A stretch of DNA of 64,000 nucleotides, from contig OZ316776.1 of assembly GCA_973851085.1 (NCBI GenBank), positions 2,604,001 through 2,668,000 on the forward strand, written 5' to 3'. Below are positions 1 to 12,787 of this stretch, piece after piece (position 1 is the first letter of the stretch; each line of letters starts with the position of its first letter). Origin of the DNA: Ptychomitrium polyphyllum (Eukaryota). The notes under the pieces were generated by a model that saw only the letters and a program-made list of their open reading frames with translations, was not told where the DNA came from and did no database searches. A program made the translations under genes and the position numbers.

Positions 1-2308
1 CCATGCAGATTTTTATTGGTGGCTAAGGTTTTTATTGGTCTTCGTGGTTTTACCATCCTTATTGGTATTAATTACAAATTGCTTATCCAATGTGCTCATC
101 CTTTATGTATATAAAATTTACAAGTTTTTATAACCTCATCAATGTGTACAATATTAGCCACAAGGCTCTTTCTAAATTGGCTAAAATCTATGGTTTACAG
201 TTAATATTGTCCAAAAGTCCATTTGATTGATTAAAAAATATATTTGTTCTTGTACAATCAAAACTACATTATAAAATATGTAGGAATTCTTTTGAGTTTT
301 CAATCAATGTCTACAACATACATGGTATCTTTTACAATAAGATTCAAAAGAAGCAAATATAAGAATTGTTTGTACTTTTATAGTATCATCTGTTTTATTG
401 TCAATAAAGATGCACCTCAATATAAACCTCATTGTATGTCCACATGCTATATTGACATGCTACATTGATTCAAATTAGAAGAGAACCAAAATACCAAAAT
501 AATTAAAATTTCGATTCCAGTAGAAGTTAATTGACACAATTGTAGATCTAAATGTTCGGATAAAATCAAAACTATATTCAATATACACTCCTTGCCATGT
601 TATGGATCTATAGTAGGCCTTTGCACCTTATATTTATAGAATGTGCTTCAATACTCGTCTCAATAATAAATATATATACTAAAGCACTTTCTAATTAGAG
701 AATAAATTTAGAAACTTTTAAGCACCTATGACATACTAAAGGTTGGCTTAAGAGAACTTTGTTAATTTTAAAGAGGTTCAAAGGCTATACAACCAAGCTC
801 CAACCACGCTCCAACATTATAAAGGTTCATTATTACACATTCCAAAATGCGTTTACACTCACCTAATGTAGCCAATATGGACGAGCCTTGTGATGGCTAT
901 AGTGAATTGCACCTAAAGCGCATTCTGCTTCTAGCTCCGAAATTCCCCAACTAGTGCACAAGATGAAAATTAGAAAAGATCCAATCTCATTTCCAACCGT
1001 TCATCCTAAATGAAGTTGAACACCCCCTGGAGGAGCAGCTACCTCGGATGTAGTGTTGACTCAACAAACCATGGGCAGCCAGCCTGAAGGAATAACTGTA
1101 TATAAATTTTTTTGAGAAACCAATTAAGGAAAAACAAAAATGAAAATAAAAAAGTACACTTCCCTAATAGCTGGTAAACCTGTCTAGACTTACCTCAACT
1201 TTACAGTGCAATTCTTAGTTAACCTGCTTGAGCGGGCTGGGATTTTTCAGAAAATCATAAAAATTCTCTGCCAGGTTGTGGCTGCTTCCTGCCCGACATC
1301 AGTAGATTCTTTTGGCCTTGTACTCTTTTCAGTAGAATAAGTGTTAATTAATTATGAAAACGATAGGAGACAGGAAAAGGAAGAAATAGAGGGAAACACC
1401 TATTGAGCTTCTCATTAAGGGTAGACTAGTTTGTGATTCACTAGAAGGACAACCTGAAGAAAGAGTTGCCCGTACGGCTAAACAGGGAAAATAGTAGAGT
1501 GCACATTGTGTTCCCCACATTCGTTGGGGGTAATCGATGTTAATAGAAAAATCCTGATGCACACTGCTTCCTACTAAAGTCCCAGGTACGAAAAAGCACC
1601 CACCACTTTCGATGTGCTGTATCCGAACCGTGCGCACCAGAAATCATCATTCATGCTACACAACTTGCACTTAATATATGAGAGAATCCAGTCAGAAGTC
1701 GAACATCGAGTAACTCATAAACAAGGCAAGGAGAAGTTTCCACTGAGCAAGAACTTGTCAATCATCGGCAACGGCGCTTTCTCCCTTCCCTCTCAGATTA
1801 CAGTGTACAGAATCATAATTTTAATCTCCCGGTTAGAACGTAACACTCCGACGAAAAAAATTCTTGAATAAGGGAATCCACAAAATGTTGGCTCCACATA
1901 GTTGCATCCAGAACACCAAGTTGTTACATCAATGGTAAGCTATAAATGGATCTTACAAAAATGTCTTCCCACTACTCGTCGACATGCTCACAAGAGAACT
2001 CCAGTTTTCATTCAAGCGTGGCCAGGACACCTCATAGTTCGGTCCCAACTACTTCTCAAACTTGAATCAACATATATACTCCGCTCAAAGCTTGAAAGAA
2101 GAATGTAATGTGCTATATAACCGGTCAAATATCCAAAAGGGTTCACGGCAAAAGCAATGCAACACCCCGCGCTCCAAAAAAACCATCTATAAAAACTAAT
2201 CCAATATTCCCACCCAACAATTAAGTTCCTGCTCCGACTGCCAAAAACCATATCAATTAAAAGTAACTCAAAACGTTACAGAACTAAAGCCAGTCAATAA
2301 TAAGAATC

Positions 2309-5300
2309 CTACACGGTTGGGAAGGATACGTAAGGGAAGCCCATCACAGCTTCGTTCCCAGGTCTTGAGAATACAATCTGCAAATTGCGGAAAAAACACG
2401 GGCCATATGAATATGAGAACAACTCCATCTACACACTCTCAAGGACGGCTAGCATCTCTCCACTCAAAACACCAAGGCATAACAAAAATCAGAAGTTAAA
2501 AAGTACCTGTAGTACACCAAGAGTGCAAGATTTGAAACCAGCGGCGCAGTAAAAGAAGTAGTAATCCCATGTCCGGATGAATTTCTCGCCAAAACCAAGC
2601 TTCATGATTTTGCTGCACATAACAAAGCTCCATCTTGATAAGTCCAACTTCCAACTACATCATCCAAATTAACTCCAACACACAAAACACACATTTACAC
2701 GACAACCAGCGCTTACTTGTGACTCGTCTGAAATCGATCTTGCCATCTCAGGAGAGTTTCGCAGTAGTGAATGCCAATATTCTCCATGTGCTCCACACTA
2801 AATTCGTCACAAAACATAGTCGATTTCACGTCGGATAATTGCCAGCTCTCGACATGGTTTTCTGACTCAAAAACGACCTCATCCAACAGACAGTGGAAGG
2901 CTACACCTTACCAGAAGGAGGACCCGGACCCCATGGCTGCGGTAAGAGCTGCAAACGATGGCAAGCAACCGCCCGGAAAAATGTACTCTTTGATGAAGTC
3001 CGAACTTTGCCGGTAAGCATCATACCGCTCCTCTGGTATGGAAATCACCTGCCGCCAACCATGTTCGACCACACTCAGCACCAAACGCACACAACACCCT
3101 GACGTGGAACCCAATCTCGAAAGAAACTGGGTACTGTACGTACCTGGACGACGACAAGGCCATCCTTGGCAAGAAGATCATCACATCGTCTGAACCACTC
3201 TGCATAGTACTCATGTCCCACTGCCTCCAGCATCTCACTGCACATACCACAGACCATGTCATTCGGCTGTCTCCCCAACATGGCTACTGTCTCACATCCT
3301 GCAGTACTCACATTGTTCTAGGTGGTAACCCAGTATCTCCAGAGCCTACCAAGATATGATGCGGTTGAACTTGTGGTAGCTCTGTACATTGCGGTAATCC
3401 ACCAACTGGAACGTTATCTTGTCCTCCAGACGGGCCTCCTTCACAACATTCTGGGCGTACTCAAGCTGCTCCTGAGACAAGGTGATGCCAGTGTAGCGGC
3501 ATCCGGTTCGCCGCACCAGCTGGATGGCCAGAGCTCCCCACCCACTGCCAATCTCCAGCACCTCGTGTGTGCTCTCCACCCGAGCCTTCATACACGTCCA
3601 ACAGTCCGTTACACAGAGATCATCACTACTCCAGTAGGTTCCCGAAAGCTCCGAGCTTCTACTAGAGCTATCTGCCACCGCCAGATGTTGACACGTCACA
3701 TCGACATGTAGGACTTAGAACTCACGCATCAGAGTTCGGACTCCGACGGGCAGAAGGGAACAAGGAAATCATACCTTGTCAATGAGGTGGTTGATTTTCC
3801 GCAGTTGAGCGTCGATCAAGGGCTCTTCTGGTCCCTGCAAAACCAAGTCAAATACTAATCTCCACTCAACCTTCGGAACACCGTAAACCGTACACGCTCT
3901 TCCATACGTTGAGGTTAAAACCTTGAGGCGTGCTGGGGATCGAACATACCTTAAAAATAGCACAGGAGTATGTCATGGTCTCGTCAAGGAACAAAGAGAA
4001 CATGTCGTTGCTCTGTTTTCAATCACCACAACCGCGACGGTCCGTTAGTCGTTTGCACTCTCAAAAACGTTCACCTACAAGCGCGTACACCAGTCCTAGT
4101 GTTGATCCCATACCACAGTTCATCACACACACTCAGATGCAGTGCACAGCGGAAATATCTTCAGGAAAGGGGCATGCCTTGCTGCGACAAAAGCGCTGCT
4201 ACCGCTGTAACAACTCAGAAACTGTTCATCACAAAGGACAGAGAAATAGTACTAAGTCATAGTGTTGGGAGATGTTGCGGCGTGTGTTGGTAAGAGAGTT
4301 GCTGCGCATGACATGTCGTAAGTAGGACGTTGCTGAGCCCAATGCAGCTGTCAGAAGCACTGGACTCCACCAAGCCCTGAGTGTAACCAATACAACGATT
4401 TCAGTATCATCCGCTTCACTGTAGTAACTCTCCAGGTCATGTCACCGCTTGCTACTTACAATGAAATACTCCCGACCCACAGTGTTGAAACATTCTCTGG
4501 AAGGGTAAGTGGCTCAGAGACATACTTTACTGCAACTTGGTTCAGGGACAAGCGGTCAATGTCACGATTCGCAATTACAATCTGCAGAACAAACAACACC
4601 GATGTCAGATCCTTCAACACAAGAAGGCTTCGTTATCGCACACCAAGCCACTTGATGAACCACCTATTTGACTTTGTAACAGAAAAACAGACACCCGACG
4701 TTGTTCGGAGCAGCGACGAATCTCACCAGGAAGAAGTTCAGCAGACCCTCTTTGGGGTTCACGAAGGTAAAGTCCCCATCCACGTAAGCATCAGCAAGGC
4801 CCAGGTCTTGTCTTGTAGCAATCTGCTCACCACCCAACCACAACTCAACACACCATAGTTCTACATGGGCGAACGGTCCGAAAGCTCGTCCAACTTTCTC
4901 CACATCACCCATCTCTAAACGGCTCACAACACGTGCAACTCTCTCCGTGGCTGCCTTCACATATCATACTGACCTTCCAGTAAAAAGCAGGGTTCAGGAT
5001 TCGTAGGCTGCTTCGCAGAGGTGACCCTTTCTCTTCACCGAAGAAATTGAATACTGTTCCTCCAGCCTCCAACAATCTGGAGCACAAGGACTCAAAAACT
5101 CAGTCTCGTGTTGATGGATCCAAAAGCACGCAAGAAGAACATGCATCAATCCATCGTACCATGGAATCGGCCGCACACAAATCAACAGTGTGAAATAAGG
5201 AAGATGCATTAACTGGACATGTCCAGTCCGGATGAACTTCCGGAAGAAACTGGTCACCACCAAGCGCGCTGTGGATTCAAGACAGGTGGGCACCATCTGT

Positions 5301-7688
5301 TTCACAAGTGGTAATGCACTGAACTCAGCGCCAAGCAAGTCGAAAGCTGCCTCCAAGCCCGCCTGTACCAGCACCAGATATGCCAAGACCATCAGCTCTC
5401 GCGGGCAAATACTCTCCAAACCTCTGAACCAGTCACCGCCGGACTTGGAGATCAGGAACAACCAGAACTGTCACGAAGATGCAGAAACAAGGAAAGACGG
5501 AATCGAGAATGCACAGCACAGTATGAAGCACCTTAAGCCCATCTTCGTGAAAGCCGTAGCCTTGATAGGCCCCGCAAAACCATACACCTCGCTTGCCCTG
5601 AATGCTTCCAAACTCCTTCGCGGCTCTGGCTGCTGCTGGAGAAGGAACAGGATGGCTGGTCCTCCACACATCCACGACATCACTGGGCTCCTCCGCCGGA
5701 TTCAGGGTTACCAGGTACGGTTTGCCCGTATCGCCCAAATTCTGAAAGAAAACAAAAAGCACCAGTCCTCTCAATCCTCACCTACAATCACGATGACTGC
5801 AGACCTTTCTGGTCCTAGTTACTGTCGCGTTCCAAACGCCTGACGATACACCAACCATCCAGCAATACCACACAACTTCCAGCTCCTCGGTACCGATCCA
5901 GCAGACCATAAGCCAAACGACTCCCACCACGGTACAAAATCTGCTAACCTGGAGAATGTTGAGCCAGTAAGTAACGCACACTCGACCATCAGCGTCCCCT
6001 AGGAAGTTCCAAGCGCACCAAGCTGCCTGATTCCGAGGCATCAATTTGTCATCCCGGTGCAGATAAATAGTGCTGTCATGCAATCCCAAGGTGCACACAA
6101 TCACGTACACGCATTCCATGACACAGCACAATTCCCACCATCTCGATGACATGTTCACGCAGAACTCCAACACCTCGGAACAAACACACTCCGAAACTAC
6201 ACTCCATCTTCGCACAAAAGCAGCTGCTCGCATCCTAGGGGCTTCCAAACCCGCCCATACCTGGGACTGTACTGAAAAGCACCCAGAATACTCCGCTCCC
6301 CATAGCTGGCTCCTTCTCCCAGCATCTGCAGAGCATCAGGGGCATGCGATCCTACAACGCATCTGTCGAACACTTCCACCCTCCCATGGACGTCCTCTAC
6401 CTCCACACCTGATCCCGTGCACCCCAACACCCACTCTCAGCCGACTGACTACGCCTCACAACCAAACGCAGCCGCTCGCATTCTAGGCTGCGCGTTCACA
6501 GCTCCACGCTACATTCCCAACAAACGCCCGCCGTCCCCACATGCATCTCACCTTCTGAGGTGCTCCTCATCCCGGTTACTCCGCAGCTTGTCCGAACCGT
6601 CGCTCCCGCACCTTGTAGGTCTCCTACCATCTGCCACCATGTGTGTCAGTTTTCCGGCACGTGCCTCCCACCACTCACGATCGCAACACCACATACCACC
6701 AACCAACCAACCCTCCGCAGCCCCGGCACCACATGCTCCCCAAAGCATCCCCCTACCTTAGCCACGTACGCTTCGGACCGCCCCTTCACGGTCAGCCACT
6801 GTGGACGCCCAAACAGCTGCACATCCACCAACACCAACACCAACACCTCAGAAACCCCGGGCCCCCCGGAACACCCATCGATCACTCTCGCACTTCGGAT
6901 CGCTGTCACGCATGCACCATACAGCTCCGCGCCACGGTTCACCCACACGTACCTGGAGTAGATGGTGGTTCCTACAGAATGCCAGCACCGACGCCGCCGA
7001 GAAGCCCAGCACCACATCGCTCGAGCATGACCAGATCGACCCACACACCGGGACCAGGTAACAATCGCGAAACTTGCTCGAGTACTTGTGGGAGCTCACG
7101 AACTCCCCGAGCGTCTCGTCCTTCCGAATGCTCCCGTCTCCGGACTCCAACTTCTCCAGGTACCTGCCACCAGTACGTTGCCCCCAAGACCACCGCTTCA
7201 GCCGAGGTGCCCATCTCTTCCACCCTCACCGGTCCGTAGGCAGCTGCGCCATCATAAAATCGCACAATCTGTCCAAAGAGGCCCACATCGAGCGCATACC
7301 TGCCCACGTCGTCCTTGAACCGGACGATCTCCCGGAGCATCCCAAAGAAGAACGGGTTCACCATGTTGCGCTTCTGGGCGAACAGCCCGCCCAAGCTGTT
7401 GCTGCCCCACTCGCACCCTCTGCCCCCGTCCAAGCTCACGGAGAACGACATGTCCGACTCCTCCATCTCCACTCCCGCTCGCTCGAACAAGTCTACCATG
7501 TTCGGGTACGTCACCCGGTTGAACACCATGAACCCCGTGTCCAGCCCGATGCCTGCATCATGGACGGTCCGAGCATGGCCTCCGACGTAATCCTCCTTCT
7601 CGTACAGGGTCACCTCAGCGCCGGCACATGCCAGAGTCCGGGCAGCTGTGAGCCCGGCCACCCCGACCCCTACCACTGCCACCTTCAT
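2309..7688 (-). CDS. Plant-type cyclopropane fatty acid synthase-like protein (N-terminal FAD oxidoreductase + C-terminal SAM methyltransferase), copy A, 20 coding exons, 864 aa
   Basis: ATG at 7688 gives MKVAVVGVGVAGLTAA (Rossmann GxGxxG) and LDTGFMVFNRVTYPN. Later exons give WFCGAYQGYGFHEDG, RRNISQHYDLSND, VLEIGSGWG (SAM motif I), EMLEAVGHEY, FIKEYIFPGG and FIRTWDYYFFYCAAGF. Exon 1 is 7300-7688. Exons 2-19 mirror copy B (coordinate = 25224 minus B). Last exon 2309-2377 encodes IVFSRPGNEAVMGFPYVSFPTV*. Confidence 0.93.
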
Positions 7689-7755
7689 TTTGCTCTGGTG
7701 CTTTGGCTCGTCAAGAAGCTCCAAGTACTCACACCTCGACTCCAAGTTCAGCTGC
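2531..7755 (-). repeat. Left arm of 5.2-kb near-perfect inverted repeat (partner 17465-22693)
   Basis: ORFs in all six frames of the track recur with identical translation on the opposite strand at mirrored coordinates. Coordinate sums are 25224, and 25220 beyond a 4-bp indel at 7237/7238. Confidence 0.97.
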
Positions 7756-9343
7756 TATGCACAATTCAGAGCGTTAGTAGAGATTGGTACTGGCTGAGGT
7801 GATCAGGTTTCTGGTCGTACTAATGTACCGCGAGAGGCATCAGGTGCGCTGAAATAGAATTCTGGTAGGATTGCGAGGTTTAGGCTGTCGTACACCTCCA
7901 GTTTCATTTCTGAACGAAAAACTGAAACGCGGAGTTTGGTAGTTTAACACAGCATTTGTGTTTGTGGATCACGGGTATAAAAGTTCGTTGGACATGATAC
8001 TACTGATCATTTTCCTGGAGCGAGGCTGATGTCTAAGTGCAAAAGCTCTCTTTTCAACCCCGCTTATGTCAGTCAGTTCCCGCCTGCCCGATTTGAATAG
8101 TCCACTACAGTATGACCAAATAAGCTCAGAGTAATAAATTTCTTCCCCAGCACCAGGATATTCCTCACAGAACTTTTTAAAACCCTCAGAAATCTTCTGA
8201 AGGAAAAGCGATAAAAGCATCGATTAAGCAACGAATCCTGATACTATACTTGTTTGTGGGTGAGTAGAAGGACTGGACCACTTCCTTGCAACCAAACCTA
8301 ATTTTCCTGAGTTATGCTCTAACTGATCTTTATAAAGGTCTCAAGAAACTTCAGAACGATTAAAAAACAACCTGTGAGTGGATTAGCGGAACCATGGGTT
8401 CAGGCACTGCACAAGGCACACACCTGCACTCAAGAGGGCCTCTCGAAATAGTGAAGCTAATGATGTTTACAGCAAGCATCTCTCCGGAACTAAGTTCGCA
8501 TCGTGCCAGCATTTCCGGCTCTGACAAATTCTAAACCCGAAAATGTTCACAAGCTCAACAAACAACACTCTCGAGTTCATCAGCTCCTGGCGTTAATTGC
8601 CTTAAGATAGTCACATAGTATCGCGCATTTAGAATAGTTAGTAAAGAATCGCCGTCGACAAGCTCAATCGAAGCGGACGCGCCCACGTCCCCCCACTAAA
8701 TTTATCAGGTTCTCGCCTTTTCTTAACTAAGATTCCGTACTTCAAATATGGACATAGCCACAACACTTACAAAGTCACCTTCTGCAATGAGTTCCAAAAT
8801 GAAAAAGAACCTCGCTTGAAACGCAACCGGTCAGTTTCTAACTCTACAATGCGCTGATATAGACGCGCTTCCGGATCAAGTAAATTCCCCCACCTTAAAG
8901 CGGTGCGGTGATTCTACACAGGTTCAAATGCGGAAAAACAAGGTGTGCACTTCTTGACCCTCAAACCAATCTCTCTCTCCCTCAGCCCGAGCTCATACCT
9001 GAAACAGCACTCGTGATTGGAAAGCACAAAGTTATCGTAACTCGAAGGAAAACATGCTCTAGTAGAATCCAATACAACGTGTGCGCGGGGCGCGAGGCGT
9101 CAGCAGCATTGTACATAATTTCTGACTTGGTCTACAACAGAAAAAGTTTCTCCGGAAAGTGGATCCTTACACCCCAAGTGACGTGGGCAATCCCGTGGAC
9201 CCGAAAACACACACAGGTTTCAAGAAATACCAAAGCCGTGCGACGACAGCACCCAGTAGTTCTGGAACTCCTTACCGTTCTCCAACCGCGACAGCCTCTC
9301 GTTCCCCCAACAACGAAACCGCTGCAATGACGCAAGACTTCAC
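7752..9343 (-). other. Probable 5'UTR intron of CFA synthase copy A
   Basis: Minus-strand donor GAAAG|GTGAAG at 9343 and acceptor TGTGCATAGCAG|CTGAAC at 7752, about 60 nt before the ATG. A GC-rich leader exon lies upstream (~9344-9860). No transcript evidence. Confidence 0.5.
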
Positions 9344-11469
9344 CTTTCTCGCAGCTGGGTGGGCCTGGGACTCCACTGCTGTACAGAAAACACTAAAAGC
9401 AAACGACAAACCCCAAATGTGGATGCAGCTGCAAGAAAACGTAACGCAGAGGGGGGATATAGAGCAGCTGCCACACTGCAGCACTTTGAGCTGGAAATGC
9501 TGCCGCTGCGAAGCTCCACGCCTGGTGACGTAATAGGAGAAGTGGAGGAGGAGCGGTTGAGCAATCGGAGAGAGCACAGCTGCGATCCGCGGCTGCAGCG
9601 ATCGCAGCGGTGGAGCAAGCGCCCGCGACAATGCAGCAGAGTGAAGAGACCGACGAGGCAGACGCCACCCACCAGCTGAAGCGCAAGCTCAGGCTTTTGC
9701 ACTGCCCGGTTATCATTCATTCCTGATGATTTCATCCATTCGGTTCTCGTCCCTCGCTCGTGGATTCACTCTGTCGCCGTCGCACTTGAATGCCTGGCAG
9801 CGCATCCTTCAAGTGGCTCACCGGTCCCCTTCACTCCTTCAATTCCTCAATTCTTCAATTCTTCAATTCTCTGAGCCCTAACTTTCGGGCAGCCTTCCGC
9901 ACCCACCCTATTGCCGCGGACTAAAGCTTTTTCTCACCTGGGTCTCTCTCCATAAATACATATCTACTATGACCAAACTTGTTATTATCAAATCTCAACG
10001 TTGTTTGATGAAAGGGATATCTTGAAGTTGTTTTGTGGCTAGGGGACTTGCTGCTGTATTATAATGCTTTTTTAACAAGGTATTTGTAACTTTTCCTTCT
10101 AGAAGAGTGATTTCACCTTGTGAAGATATATGTCATAGTTATAAAATCTTATTTTCTTGGAAGTTGAAGGAATTTGAATTTAAGTCCATATTCTAAATTC
10201 GAATCTTTGTACATTCATTGCCACATGTTTCCACTATCATCTAATATGAGGTGAGATGATGGTAGATTATAATTCGAATAGTAGAAAATATCAAATTGGG
10301 AAGTGAAGTATGATGAGTTGGGTTTCGTCAAGTACTAGAGAATTTTACTATTACTTTCGGAGCTGAGGTGAGATGAGTGTGGGTTGCTTTAAGTAGTATA
10401 CAGTATCACTGTGGCAACTTGGAGTGGGGCAGTGATTTTCATATCGTAGAATGTAATTTTGAAGGAAAAATAAAGTTACCACAAAATGCTGGAAACGGGG
10501 AAGTGGGATGACATGGTCAATGCCAGGTGCAATGGAGGTCAGTGGAAGGAAATCCTGGAAGTACAGAACTTTTGCGTTCACACGGGTTTCATAACTAACT
10601 CGCTGTTCATGTCCATGGGGCCCACCCATCCCCCGAATTCCTCAACTTATAGTCTTTTAATTCGAAGGTGGTTTCTAAGTAGGGGGTTAATCAATCCTGG
10701 CACAGGGTTAGCTGGTTTCGAAGGTGCTGTGGACTCTAAATTATACACTAGTATTGCCATTGTCTTTTAACCACCACCAAATCAATATTTTGAACTACTA
10801 TCTTATGACAAATGATTCTCCACATGCTTTACATGAAATGTATATTTTTAATGAAAAAGAGACTTTCGTTTTTGAACTTGGATAAATAGTTAATTGTTAT
10901 TTGATACTAACATTATTTAATGCTGCAAGTTATATTTCACGAATTCTCAATTTTTGAGAGTATTGCTAGTATTCCACTGGATGGTCAATATTATTGTAAC
11001 ATTAATTTATGAAAATTTTAAATTTTCAAAATATATATGTGAAATGAGTCATTGAATTTGAATGAAGAAAATAGGAAATATAGTTACAAATATGAAATAT
11101 GTTTTACAACTCTATTATCATAAAAAGATCCCTTAGTTGAAGCTATTTACATCCATGTAAGTGACTTATAACAAGTAAAAGATAATATTCATACATTTGA
11201 AAGAAATTTAGATCTTTTCATAATGTATTGTAACTCTAATTGAAAATTGAAGATAAAAGCATAAAGTACTACTAAATATATTTATTTGAATTTTATGATT
11301 TAAAATATATCAATTTCGCATCAAATTACAAATAATTAACATATTATTTATGTTTGTTAAATACATATTTTGCAATTAAGAAAAATGTATATTTGCACTT
11401 GATTCCAATAAAGCATTTGTACTTGCTATACATACAATTACTTGTATGCAATTATTACGATTATACATC

Positions 11470-11994
11470 ATACAATATAGACTTTAAAAACCATCCATTA
11501 GCTTCTAATAGCTTCCAGTAACATTTACACACTTTCTAATAGATTTTAGCAACTTTTATAACCTTCTAAAAGCTTGCATTACCTTCTACTTCCTTTAAAA
11601 AACTTCTTAGAAGATTGTAAAGACCTTAGATTATTGTGAAGCTTTATGAAAAGGTTTTTAGAAAATACCTTATGAAACATAAGCTTCATAGTATGAATAA
11701 GAAGCAAAATGAGATACATTTTAGTTGTACCAATGCAAATTGTGGAGCACATCTATTGTATTGCCTTATTTATAATTCTTGCAATAATTTTTGTTATCCA
11801 ATAGCCCATTGGAATTTGTTTTTGAAACCATATCTTGTCTATGTTTTTATTTCTTGTGTTTTTAAAGTTAACAATATTTTGTTTCCTATGTACTTTAAGG
11901 AAAAATAAGACTAAAATAAGACTTAATGAACTTATACTTGTATAAACTTCAACACTCTCTTTAATTTAGAGCTTTTAATTTACTTGTGCTAACA
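11470..11994. mobile_element. Highly degenerate LTR-like remnant in the spacer
   Basis: CTTCTA/AAGCTT/CTTCTTAGAAG-rich words resemble the Gypsy LTRs at 42-58 kb, and the segment ends in GTGCTAACA. No clear 5' end or TSD. Confidence 0.3.
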
Positions 11995-12715
11995 GATTAT
12001 TGGTTTTTTTATTTTATTTTATTTTGTAATAAATATGCTACAATATTATGTTGTAAATTTCTAAATACATGATTAGGAGCTTATTCAACTTCAAAAATTC
12101 TACAAAAGCTAATTTGATAACAATGATAAGTACATATTTAACAAACAACAATTTCACCTTTTATTAAAAAAAAAGTGTTATTTCCATAGATGAATTTGGT
12201 ACAAATGCTAATGCTTAAAGTCCATGCCTTCCTTCTAAACAATAAGATTGGATGCAAGTGTAATTGATTAATTGTTTTAATATTAATTTGTGGCTATTGG
12301 AACAAATGTCAACATTGACAAAGACAATGAATTATATTTTAACAATTTGTCTTCTGCTTATAGATTCTAAAATGCAAGTCCAAAGCTATTATGCAATATT
12401 TGTTCATAACTTTCAATAAAAAGAAATTATACCAAAGAGTCAATTATAATAAATCAACCATCAATGTTGTATAATTTGTCATTTGCTAACAAATTTTGAA
12501 GTTTTAATTGTATATTTCCTTCTGATATTTAATTTTTAGTTTTAAATTTATTCAAAAAATTGGTTTGATATTTATTTGGAATCATCTTAAATATATATCA
12601 ATTGTATTATGGTATCAAACTGACACTAATTGTTACAACACACAATTAGTATATAATTGATGTATTTAAGGTGGATTCCAACTGACGTTGAATCATCACA
12701 AAAGTATTAACATTC

Positions 12716-12721
<6 letters not shown>

Positions 12722-12785
<64 letters not shown>
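12722..12785. repeat. (TA)32 microsatellite
   Basis: Perfect TA run read directly. Confidence 0.97.

Positions 12786-12787
<2 letters not shown>

Noticed and set aside
1..1700. Short ORFs and possible TE remnants at the window start
   Set aside because: No recognisable domain, termini or TSD.
9561..9582. miR529/miR156-like target site (GCTGTGCTCTCTC on the minus strand) in the copy A leader
   Set aside because: The 13-nt match covers only the central/3' part of the miRNA as I recall it, pairing to the miRNA 5' end fails, and copy B has no equivalent.
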